Shown here in pieces: positions 20,508-28,244 of a DNA stretch of 64,000 bases. The stretch comes from a virus. Location: positions 10,773 through 74,772 of IMG/VR virus record IMGVR_UViG_3300028274_000006; one strand, 5' to 3'. How positions within the stretch are numbered: the first letter of the stretch is position 1; the number at the start of each line of letters is the position of its first letter. Under the pieces are notes generated by a model. It made no database searches. It had not been told where the DNA came from and saw nothing but the letters and a program-made list of their open reading frames with translations. Position numbers and translations under genes: made by a program.

Positions 20508-20932
20508 GAACACGCAGCCTAACAGATATATTATCAAGTGTTATTTTAATAATCATGATTACTTGTCTTGGGATACTAATTTTTCTCTTAGCTTTTCCTT
20601 ATAAAGTAATTGAGTTTAAATCAGTTACTCCATTGAAAGAAAGTTACAAAGCAGGGGAGGTGTTTGATTTAGAAATAAGTTATTGTAAATATTTGCCGTT
20701 AAGTGCAAGAATGACCAGGCAATTTATAGATGGTGTTATTTATACCTTACCGGAGATAATTTCAGGAAACGCCCCAAGTGGTTGTGGAACAAATATAGCT
20801 AAAGATATTAATATTCCATTAGAATTAACTCCAGGAACTTACTATTACAAACAAACAATGACCTACAAAGTAAATCCCATTAGGGAGGTGGTGGTGGAGT
20901 TTCAAACACCAACATTTGAGGTAATAAAATGA
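20504..20932 (+). CDS. Membrane-anchored protein (lysis region)
   Basis: N-terminal TM; positional and weak sequence equivalent of 59228. Confidence 0.65.
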   Translation: MRTRSLTDILSSVILIIMITCLGILIFLLAFPYKVIEFKSVTPLKESYKAGEVFDLEISYCKYLPLSARMTRQFIDGVIYTLPEIISGNAPSGCGTNIAKDINIPLELTPGTYYYKQTMTYKVNPIREVVVEFQTPTFEVIK

Positions 20933-21888
20933 ATTACCCAGTAAAGAAAGTCTATGTAACTCAGAAGTGGGGTGTTAATGCCTCAATATATGCCAGGTTT
21001 GGTTTTAAAGGACACAATGGAGTTGATTTCAGACTATTTAACGAGAACGGAGTTAAGGCATCTACTTGCTTATTGTTTGCTCCTCATGATGGAGTTGTAA
21101 AAGAAAGACGTTATGACGCTAACGGTTATGGCAATTACCTCAAGATAGAGTCGTCTAAAGAGGGCTCAGTACTAGGACACTTAAAAGAATTTAAAGTAAA
21201 TATTAACAAACAGGTCAAAGAAGGAGATCTGATCGGAATTTGTAACAACACCGGATGGAGTAGTGGACCACATTTACACTGGGGCTACTATAGAAATCCA
21301 AGAAACAGATCTAATGGTTATGGAGGTACCATTGATCCTACTCCTTATATAAAACCTTCAACTACTATGACAAACAAACTACTAGAACACATGGAAGTTA
21401 AATCAGAGGATGAAGGCATCCAGGTATGGGATAAAGAGACAGCTTTCTTAGAAAGTGAGCGAAAAAAAAATAGGGGACTCTCAGAAGAAGTTGAAAGACT
21501 CAAAGCAGACAACTCAGAATACTACGCACAAGCCGAGCTTCGGAAAAAGGATCTTCAGAAGTTTCTTGAAGCACTTGCTAAAAAGCTGTTCTTACCTGCT
21601 AAAAGCGATCAAACGGACATTCTTGGCTCTATTGAGAGACTACTAAAAGTAGAAGATCAATTAACTGATGCTAACAAGACCATTTCCAAGAAAGAGGCTG
21701 AGTTTGCTAAGAAAGAGGTGGAATGGAAAACAGAGATTGATGAACTTAAATCAATGTTAGAGAAGGCTAATAATCGGATAGATAAATTAGAGCAGGATAT
21801 GGAGGCTGGTAATGAAGAAAAAGCCTCTTTTAACCTATTTCGTGAGCTTGTAAGGCGTATTAGTGAATTAATGAAAGGTAAAAAATGA
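20929..21888 (+). CDS. Endolysin: M23 peptidase plus coiled coil
   Basis: HNGVD, GYGNY, GHL and GPHLH motifs. Confidence 0.85.
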   Translation: MNYPVKKVYVTQKWGVNASIYARFGFKGHNGVDFRLFNENGVKASTCLLFAPHDGVVKERRYDANGYGNYLKIESSKEGSVLGHLKEFKVNINKQVKEGDLIGICNNTGWSSGPHLHWGYYRNPRNRSNGYGGTIDPTPYIKPSTTMTNKLLEHMEVKSEDEGIQVWDKETAFLESERKKNRGLSEEVERLKADNSEYYAQAELRKKDLQKFLEALAKKLFLPAKSDQTDILGSIERLLKVEDQLTDANKTISKKEAEFAKKEVEWKTEIDELKSMLEKANNRIDKLEQDMEAGNEEKASFNLFRELVRRISELMKGKK

Positions 21889-22067
21889 AAAGACTAACAC
21901 CAAAAGCAAAAGAGAAGTTTTTTAAGAATCTCTTAAAGTTTACTGCACCAGGATTGGCTGCCGTATTTGGACAACTAGCACTAGGTGCTGATTGGAAAAC
22001 AGCAGGTATTACTGGGTTGTTGGTAACCTATGGAGTAGCCAGTGACTTCTTTAGTAAAGTGAAATGA
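21885..22067 (+). CDS. Putative holin
   Basis: 60 aa with two hydrophobic segments, directly after the lysin. Confidence 0.5.
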   Translation: MKRLTPKAKEKFFKNLLKFTAPGLAAVFGQLALGADWKTAGITGLLVTYGVASDFFSKVK

Positions 22068-22240
22068 AACGAAAAAGCAAAGAATGCCCTAAGTGTAAAG
22101 CTAAGTATCAAACTTGGGTTGAATTAGATGGGCCGCATGAATGTTTTAACGAGTTTGGATTTACAGACTATGGCATCCCTATCTATGTAGAGACTTGTAC
22201 TGCTTGTAGGCAGGAAAAAGATCTAGTTGACAACAGGTAG
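22064..22240 (+). CDS. Small Zn-finger-like protein (not in ORF track)
   Basis: CPKC...CTAC; start overlaps the upstream stop. Confidence 0.5.
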   Translation: MKRKSKECPKCKAKYQTWVELDGPHECFNEFGFTDYGIPIYVETCTACRQEKDLVDNR

Positions 22241-22256
22241 TCTGAGTTGATATTCT
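22227..22256 (+). promoter_or_regulatory. Sigma70-type promoter
   Basis: TTGACA-N18-TATTCT with TG extension. Confidence 0.7.
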
Positions 22257-22262
22257 AGACAT

Positions 22263-22346
22263 AGGTTTAGACACAATCTCGTTTTTTGTTCTGACTGGGG
22301 CAGTCTAAACCTTAGTCACAGTCGGAGCAGAACACGGGATTTTTTT
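22263..22346 (+). promoter_or_regulatory. Structured leader: long hairpin with T-run whose loop is complementary to the 5' end
   Basis: Stem 22275-22297/22319-22341; aggtttagac pairs with gtctaaacct. Confidence 0.65.
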
Positions 22347-22691
22347 ATGCCCAAATCACAACAGCAAAAGTTACAAGCAATCATAGAGTATGCGGTGAAG
22401 CAGGGATATAAACCGTCTTTTATTCCAGACTGGAAAAACTTAGAGGTAATTAAGTTGTCTAACGAGTGGATTTTAGATAACGATGGAATAATTAGAGCTT
22501 CTATTAATGGGATTCTCTTTTCTCATAAATTTTCTAAGGCTATGTTTCCAGATTGTGATTGTGAGAAAGAACATCCACAGCAAGATATTTATCATCCCCC
22601 ATTATCAAAATGGAAAATGCACTTGAGTAATGCCGTGCTTAGCAAAGACCCAATCCAATACTACTATGACTACATTAAGGGGATAGAATGA
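22347..22691 (+). CDS. Hypothetical protein
   Basis: ORF downstream of the promoter; ILFSHKFSKAMF segment. Confidence 0.65.
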   Translation: MPKSQQQKLQAIIEYAVKQGYKPSFIPDWKNLEVIKLSNEWILDNDGIIRASINGILFSHKFSKAMFPDCDCEKEHPQQDIYHPPLSKWKMHLSNAVLSKDPIQYYYDYIKGIE

Positions 22692-22852
22692 CAGATAAAG
22701 ATAGATGGTACATAAAAATGAAATTGAAGATAGCAGCACTAAGAGGAATGGCTAGAGGACTAAATAGCTCAGAGGAAAACCTTGATAGACTAGAAGAAAA
22801 ACTAGAAGAAACTAAACCAGAAACAAGCTAAGTAGACTTGTTGCAGATTAAC

Positions 22853-22956
22853 ATTGAGTGTTTTGTGCGGGATGCAGCTGGAGAAAGAGTGGTAGGACAC
22901 TGCGCGAAAGCGAACCAGTAGGAGTGCAAATCTCAGTGCCGCACCAAGCACTTAAT
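22853..22956 (+). ncRNA. Long-stem RNA element 1 with degenerate tRNA-like core
   Basis: 17/18-bp closing stem, gag-TGCAAAT-ctc T-arm-like hairpin, ends ccgc-A-CCA. Confidence 0.5.
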
Positions 22957-22967
22957 AGAACTTTAAC

Positions 22968-23116
22968 ATCGGATATTTTGTGGGTATGAGGAATAGGCTC
23001 AAACTCTAGTAGATATATTAGACGTTAAGGAGGACGCGAACCCAGCGGAGGATATAACGCAGATCGGACTGCGAGGGTAGTACAACGAATTGCCTCATAC
23101 CTACTAAGTATCTGAT
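22968..23116 (+). ncRNA. Long-stem RNA element 2
   Basis: 23/24-bp closing stem with G-U pairs, GGAATAGG motif, preceded by ctttaaca. Confidence 0.55.
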
Positions 23117-23128
23117 TGCTCATTAACA
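23117..23128 (+). promoter_or_regulatory. boxA-like antitermination site
   Basis: TGCTCATTAACA, one mismatch from TGCTCTTTAACA. Confidence 0.6.
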
Positions 23129-23327
23129 GAAGATTGAGAGTGTGGATGGCGGAATAGGTAGACGCTAGTTTGGAGTTAGATTGTTTGTATCGTGTCTTAA
23201 TGCTAGAACTTCAGCAGTCCAAACAATCATGCAAGGTGACTATACGAGTCGGAAACCTACAGAAGTGATTCGTTCACGGTTAAACAGATAATCTCGGCAA
23301 ATCCTTGCTCCACACTCTTAGTCTTTT
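23128..23327 (+). ncRNA. Long-stem RNA element 3: tRNA(Leu/Ser)-like scaffold with expanded loops
   Basis: 19-bp stem; TGGCGGAATAGGTAGACGC D-arm; gcaagg...GCAAAT-ccttgc T-arm with ~60-nt insert. Confidence 0.65.
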
Positions 23328-23767
23328 GACTAATTAACATAATACCGACTGGAGTTTAAACTGCTGAGGTCGGTTCACAGAAAAGGAAGCAGGCTTACAA
23401 GATTGATGAGTCTAGCAGCATCTAGAATGGCGTCTTGCATAAGTAATTGTACGAAAGCGGGTAGATGTACCTTATAAAGATTGGAGGACTACCCCCCCAA
23501 GATTGAAAAACTATCTTGGTTGCTTTGACCCGATTAGTAATGTGATCGGCTATGCAGAAGTAATCTTTAAACGGAGTACCTTAGATATTCTAGTGGCGTT
23601 TGCATTAACCTTTGGGTTAAACCATAAACTATAAGGTAACAATTTAAATAGCATGAAGTAAAGCACGATGTGCTATAATAACAATATTGCAACATAATAC
23701 CGAGACGGAAGTTAAAAACCCATCCCTGGGTTGCAATAAGTAATGTTTAGTAAAGAAAGGTAAAGTC

Positions 23768-24019
23768 ATGTCAAAAGACTTCCAACCAGCGACGTTAGAA
23801 AACGTCAACCATGAACAAATAGAGAGTGTTTTTAATACTCTTGTAGGTCAATCTATGGAGCTTATAGAAGCTATAGGATTGTCCGAAAAACAAGAAAAGG
23901 CTTTTAAGGCTCAATTAAAGCGACTAATTTATACTTCATTAGATGATGTATTTAATATTGAGTTTGATGTTGATTCAACTAGTTATGCTGGAATTCACGA
24001 CAATGTCAATAATAGCTAG
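23768..24019 (+). CDS. Hypothetical protein
   Basis: RBS present; TGCTATAAT promoter at 23671. Confidence 0.65.
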   Translation: MSKDFQPATLENVNHEQIESVFNTLVGQSMELIEAIGLSEKQEKAFKAQLKRLIYTSLDDVFNIEFDVDSTSYAGIHDNVNNS

Positions 24020-24203
24020 TAGATATTTCCCTCTACCTCCAAAACCAATAAAAGATAAAAAGATTAAGAAGTTTAGAAGATGTATTTTATGTAACTGTAA
24101 AAAGGATGATTATTGGAAAGTATGTAAAAAATGTGCAAAATTAAAAGAGGGTAAGAGATTTATAAAACGACTTTGGAAAAGAAAAAAAAGAAAAGAGTAA
24201 ACA

Positions 24204-24581
24204 ATGAACAAACTAATAGATCAGATATTAGAGAGGGTAAAAGAAAGATTTTCAGAAAACACTGGTGATAGGGATGGCTATTATGTTGATGAAAATGTGA
24301 GAATACCAGACATTCAACAATTCCTCAAAACAGAACTAGAGGATTTAATAGAAAAGGTGAGGGAGGAAAGCAAGTGGGAAGGTAAAAATGAATACTATTT
24401 TAATAGTCCAGAATATCTCACAAAAAGAGCACATCAATTAGCTTGCACCGTCTCACAGCGTTGGAATGAAAACAACTATAACAACAGTAGGAAGAGTTTT
24501 ATTGAAGAAATGACCAGGCTTTCAAATGAGCTTGTGTCGGTAACGAAAAAAATAAGAAATACAAAAGAATTAGAAAAATAA
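24204..24581 (+). CDS. Hypothetical early protein
   Basis: ORF in a co-directional small-gene array. Confidence 0.6.
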   Translation: MNKLIDQILERVKERFSENTGDRDGYYVDENVRIPDIQQFLKTELEDLIEKVREESKWEGKNEYYFNSPEYLTKRAHQLACTVSQRWNENNYNNSRKSFIEEMTRLSNELVSVTKKIRNTKELEK

Positions 24582-24746
24582 ACAAAGGTAAATCTAATAT
24601 GAATAAGACTAAGAAATGGAACATTAGTTGCTTAATTTGCAAGGAAGAAGCCGATGTAATTAATTGTGGATTTTCTCTTTGTGAAGAACACAATAAAAAG
24701 TTTAAGATGGGCTTCGGTAAAACCATCGCTATAATGAAAGAAGAAA

Positions 24747-24929
24747 ATGAACAAAACCAACCCAGAAAGTAGACCAATAAAAAAATATCAAGTTTGGCAA
24801 AGAGAACATAGTAGCACTTGGTATTTCAATGAGTTTGATTCGTTGAAAGAAGCCATAGAGTCTGAAAGATATGGTGATTTTTTTATTACTGCATTAGTTA
24901 ATTACGAAGTTAAGGAGAGAAATGAATAA
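24747..24929 (+). CDS. Hypothetical protein
   Basis: Coupled to the next ORF. Confidence 0.5.
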   Translation: MNKTNPESRPIKKYQVWQREHSSTWYFNEFDSLKEAIESERYGDFFITALVNYEVKERNE

Positions 24930-25209
24930 GACTAATTGGAGAGAAGCATTTGAAGAATTAGTAAGAAAGGGAGAGTTTTCTTATTATCCTGGTGAGGGAT
25001 TGAAGGAATTAAATAGAGAAAACCTGTTTAACTTCATAGAATCTCTCCTACAAGAACAGAAGGCAGAACTAAGAGATAAGGTGTCGGGGATGAGTTGCGA
25101 TTTATGCGGTGAAGAAAATAAGATGTGGGATAATAAGTTAGAGAAGATGATCCCTTGCGATGGATTTAAGCACAAAGTCTTATCATTAATAAACAAGGAG
25201 AAGAAATGA
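24922..25209 (+). CDS. Hypothetical protein
   Basis: WREAFEE...FIESLL segment; RBS present. Confidence 0.6.
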   Translation: MNKTNWREAFEELVRKGEFSYYPGEGLKELNRENLFNFIESLLQEQKAELRDKVSGMSCDLCGEENKMWDNKLEKMIPCDGFKHKVLSLINKEKK

Positions 25210-25375
25210 AAAAAACATTAAAACTACTGTTTGTTAATCCAGATACAACTGTGATTAGTACTCTGGATTCTGCAATAGAGGGTTTTGCTATTAAAGTAGT
25301 TGCCGAGCACAATCTTAAACAGGCATACATTGTTGATACAGGAATAGAAGTAGAGTCAGATAAAAATAAAAAGTA

Positions 25376-25642
25376 ATGTTTACTTACTACCCATCCACGA
25401 GCTTCACAGGTTGGAATCTAGGCTTAGAGAACTACAGTATCTACATAGGAGTCCCTAAGAAGTACCTCTTTGCTAAACAGGGATATCCTAGAAGGATTCA
25501 GGTAGAATATAATGGCGATACTCGGATAGTAAGCATAGAAGATCAGGCCTTAGAGAAGGAACAGATCCAACAACTAGACACACCAATGCCGCACATATTA
25601 ATCTACTTCAAGTGGGAGGATAGAGATGAAAATAGCATTTGA
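25376..25642 (+). CDS. Conserved hypothetical protein
   Basis: Paralog of 61996-62259 sharing YIGVPKKYLF and EQIQQL. Confidence 0.75.
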   Translation: MFTYYPSTSFTGWNLGLENYSIYIGVPKKYLFAKQGYPRRIQVEYNGDTRIVSIEDQALEKEQIQQLDTPMPHILIYFKWEDRDENSI

Positions 25643-25964
25643 CGTAGACGACACACTCATCATTCCAAGCGTTGCAACTGGTTTGGACATTGATACGCCA
25701 AACTATGACACCATCGCCTTATATAGGTTGTTTCAGTCTCAAGGCAACTACATGATTATCTGGTCTGGTTCTGGTATGGACTGGGCTGCTAGGTGGGGTG
25801 AGAAGCTAGGATTGCAACCAGATGAGATTAGACCAAAGGAGAAGTCGGATGATGTAGACATCGCTTTTGATGATTGTGATGTAGACCTGGCAAAAGTAAA
25901 TATAAAAGTGAGAAGATTAAATAACACCATAAGTAGGAAAGACTGGAATAAAAACAGTAAATGA
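25626..25964 (+). CDS. Minimal HAD-superfamily hydrolase
   Basis: IAFDVDDTL (DxDxT), WSG, K and FDD motifs. Confidence 0.8.
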   Translation: MKIAFDVDDTLIIPSVATGLDIDTPNYDTIALYRLFQSQGNYMIIWSGSGMDWAARWGEKLGLQPDEIRPKEKSDDVDIAFDDCDVDLAKVNIKVRRLNNTISRKDWNKNSK

Positions 25965-26116
25965 ACCAACTTGAAAAACACTTAGAGAAACTACGCCAGG
26001 ATTGGAAACGCTATCCCTCTCGTAGAAAAGCAATAGAGATAATAGCTAAGAACTTAAAGAAGAAGCAACCAAGAAAACTTATAGACGATGTAAAGGAAAC
26101 GCTGCTATAATGACTA

Positions 26117-26193
26117 CAGCCGCCGCAGGTTCTCTCCAGATACTTCAGGCGGCTTCTAAAGAAGGGCGATTCGGGCAGGGTCGTCCTTTTTTA
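26117..26193 (+). ncRNA. Putative small RNA (two hairpins, own promoter and terminator)
   Basis: TGCTATAAT at 26103; 24-nt core identical to 62764-62787; covarying stem; T-run. Confidence 0.7.
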
Positions 26194-26209
26194 TTGGCTT
26201 AAACTGCTA

Positions 26210-26238
26210 TTGACAGTTGTAAACATATACCTTATACT
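26210..26238 (+). promoter_or_regulatory. Strong early promoter with GTAAACA operator-like motif
   Basis: TTGACA-N17-TATACT. Confidence 0.8.
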
Positions 26239-26271
26239 ACAATTAGTAATAAACATAAAAGGAGAGAACTT

Positions 26272-26415
26272 ATGTCAATACCTATGAACGGAGACTGCTA
26301 CCAAGACTTTAATAAAGTAGAGACTGCTGAACCAGACGATACTTGTTATGAGGACTGGAAGTTTGAGCAAGAATACGAACCAGTAATAGCTACAATTTAT
26401 GGGGAGGACTGCTAA
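26272..26415 (+). CDS. Small acidic early protein (47 aa, not in ORF track)
   Basis: MSIPMNGDCYQDFN, homologous to 63443; strong RBS. Confidence 0.7.
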   Translation: MSIPMNGDCYQDFNKVETAEPDDTCYEDWKFEQEYEPVIATIYGEDC

Positions 26416-26561
26416 TGAAAACTCAACTAGAAATAGCCATTGAAAACCTAGATGAAGCGTTAGACTCATTTGATAGCGAAGTAGATAAGATTAAGAGCTT
26501 AGTAGCATCTTCTCTAATTTATTTAAGAGAATACAAGCACTATGAAGAAAGGAATGAATAA
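26415..26561 (+). CDS. Small early protein (48 aa)
   Basis: KTQLEIAIE...YLREYK, homologous to 63589. Confidence 0.75.
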   Translation: MKTQLEIAIENLDEALDSFDSEVDKIKSLVASSLIYLREYKHYEERNE

Positions 26562-26695
26562 TGTCTATATCAAGATGCCAATATTGTGACACAACTTACG
26601 ATCAAGATTTTAACGCAGAGCATGAGGAAGAGTGCGAGATGGAAACTCAGGAAGAACACGAAGAAGTTTGTGAAGGATGGTTATTAGATAAATAG
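26561..26695 (+). CDS. Small acidic C2HC-type protein (44 aa)
   Basis: MSISRCQYC...HEEEC, homologous to 63735. Confidence 0.75.
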   Translation: MSISRCQYCDTTYDQDFNAEHEEECEMETQEEHEEVCEGWLLDK

Positions 26696-26700
26696 GAGAA

Positions 26701-26826
26701 ATTATGAGAGATTTTACTAGAAAACAACTCAAAGAAATGAGCAGAACAAAGCTAGTTGATATTGCATATAAAGCTATTCAAAAACAACGCCGCATGAATA
26801 GAGTTATGTTTTATGATGTTCCAAAA
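26701..26826 (+). repeat. Identical direct repeat of 63875-64000
   Basis: Base-for-base match by eye; near-identity extends back to ~26621/63795. Confidence 0.9.
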
Positions 26827-27048
26827 GAAATAATCCAAGAGTTATTCCAAGAATCATTTAATTATAAATATAAGAGAGATGAGTTTTTTGCTGGGATGAG
26901 ATTTATTGAGGAATATGGCAAAAGATGTGTTGATGAATTAAATGAAATAAATGATTGGGAAGAGTATGAGGATGTTAAAGAATCATGGGGTTATGCAAAT
27001 TGGTATAAATCATTAAGAGTGAGTTACCCAAATATAAATGATAAATAA
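26704..27048 (+). CDS. Hypothetical early protein
   Basis: RBS present; 5' part repeated at 63878. Confidence 0.75.
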   Translation: MRDFTRKQLKEMSRTKLVDIAYKAIQKQRRMNRVMFYDVPKEIIQELFQESFNYKYKRDEFFAGMRFIEEYGKRCVDELNEINDWEEYEDVKESWGYANWYKSLRVSYPNINDK

Positions 27049-27094
27049 CGAAGATAAAGAACTTATTAATAAATCAATAGAAGGAGACAACTAT

Positions 27095-27424
27095 ATGTCT
27101 AAAGATTTTACCGAGGCTAACTATGTAATCAGCTTCATTAACGGACAACCTGGATTAGTGGTAAGAGGAGAAATGCCAGCAGAGATAGAGGAAAGAATGG
27201 AAGCTATACTTCCCTACTTCAAGAAGTTTAGAACCGCAGTAGAGAAGGCAGGTGCTAGTAAATCAGATGCACCTAAAACCAGAGGCATGATGGTTAAGTG
27301 TGAGAAGTGTGGATCAGGAATGGATCTTAGATCAGGCTACTCAAACAAAACCAAAAAGAACTGGAGTGGATACTTCTGTCCTAATAGCACAGATGATGAT
27401 AAACACCCCGTGGTATGGGCGTAA
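27095..27424 (+). CDS. Protein with C-terminal Zn-ribbon
   Basis: CEKCGSGM...WSGYFCP; AAGGAG RBS. Confidence 0.65.
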   Translation: MSKDFTEANYVISFINGQPGLVVRGEMPAEIEERMEAILPYFKKFRTAVEKAGASKSDAPKTRGMMVKCEKCGSGMDLRSGYSNKTKKNWSGYFCPNSTDDDKHPVVWA

Positions 27425-27432
27425 AGGACAAT

Positions 27433-27621
27433 ATGATTAATACAAAAACATGGGTGCCTATCAACGTACTAAGCAAGAGAACAGGTATAAGCCGACAATG
27501 GCTAACTAAGAAGGCTAAGCAGGGAGTAATAAGAACAACTAAGCCTTTTGAGGAATCAACACTCAAGTACTACAACTTAGAAGATGCAATGAAACATTTT
27601 GATGTAGTTGACACTAAGTAA
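27433..27621 (+). CDS. Small HTH (excisionase/MerR-like) DNA-binding protein
   Basis: LSKRTGISRQWLTKKAKQGVI. Confidence 0.6.
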   Translation: MINTKTWVPINVLSKRTGISRQWLTKKAKQGVIRTTKPFEESTLKYYNLEDAMKHFDVVDTK

Positions 27622-27636
27622 ACAACGTGCTTAAAT
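27608..27636 (+). promoter_or_regulatory. Promoter with GTAAACA motif
   Basis: TTGACA-N17-TTAAAT with TG extension. Confidence 0.6.
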
Positions 27637-27716
27637 AAACATAACCTGAACAAAAAAGAAACGTGCGGAAACTCAGACACAAGCAGGTGGACCAGGTTAC
27701 AAAAGGAGAGAACAAA

Positions 27717-28244
27717 ATGAAAGCCAAAACAAGAATTAAAAAAAGGAGCAGAGATGCCAAAGGCAGATTCACCATTATGTCGTGGAAAGACAGGTTGGTT
27801 GCCCTCACTATTTTGTTGGGTACTATGGGGTGGGGTTATCAGCTTCATATTAATCGTAGTGTTCCTAGTGAATGTGGCACTCCTATCATTGAAGTTAGAG
27901 AAGTTAGTGCATCAGAATCAACACCAGATTTATACGTTCCACCCTCAACAGTCCTTAAGCAGATGAACCTACGCCCTGGGCTAATGAGTCGTATCAAAAA
28001 CGTCTTTGGAGAGGGATGGACTTATGCTGCTGAGCTAATTTGGAGAGAGTCCTCTTTTAATGAGTTTGCCATTAATCCTACTAGTGGAGCTTGTGGACTA
28101 GCCCAAGCCCTACCTTGCGGGAAAATGGAGTGTAACTTAGAGGATATAGACTGTCAGTTAGAGTGGATTAAAAACTATACAGATGAAAGATATGGAGGTG
28201 CAGAGAACGCACTACTCTTTCATACGAAAGTAGGATGGTACTAA
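27717..28244 (+). CDS. Membrane-anchored lytic transglycosylase (SLT-like)
   Basis: TM segment then RESSFN, AINPTSGACGLAQAL, YxxxRYG and GWY. Confidence 0.85.
   Translation: MKAKTRIKKRSRDAKGRFTIMSWKDRLVALTILLGTMGWGYQLHINRSVPSECGTPIIEVREVSASESTPDLYVPPSTVLKQMNLRPGLMSRIKNVFGEGWTYAAELIWRESSFNEFAINPTSGACGLAQALPCGKMECNLEDIDCQLEWIKNYTDERYGGAENALLFHTKVGWY

Noticed and set aside
22853-23327. Calling these elements functional tRNA genes
   Set aside because: No 7-nt anticodon loop can be assigned, the T-loops are interrupted or non-canonical, and most lack CCA; reported as tRNA-like ncRNA instead.
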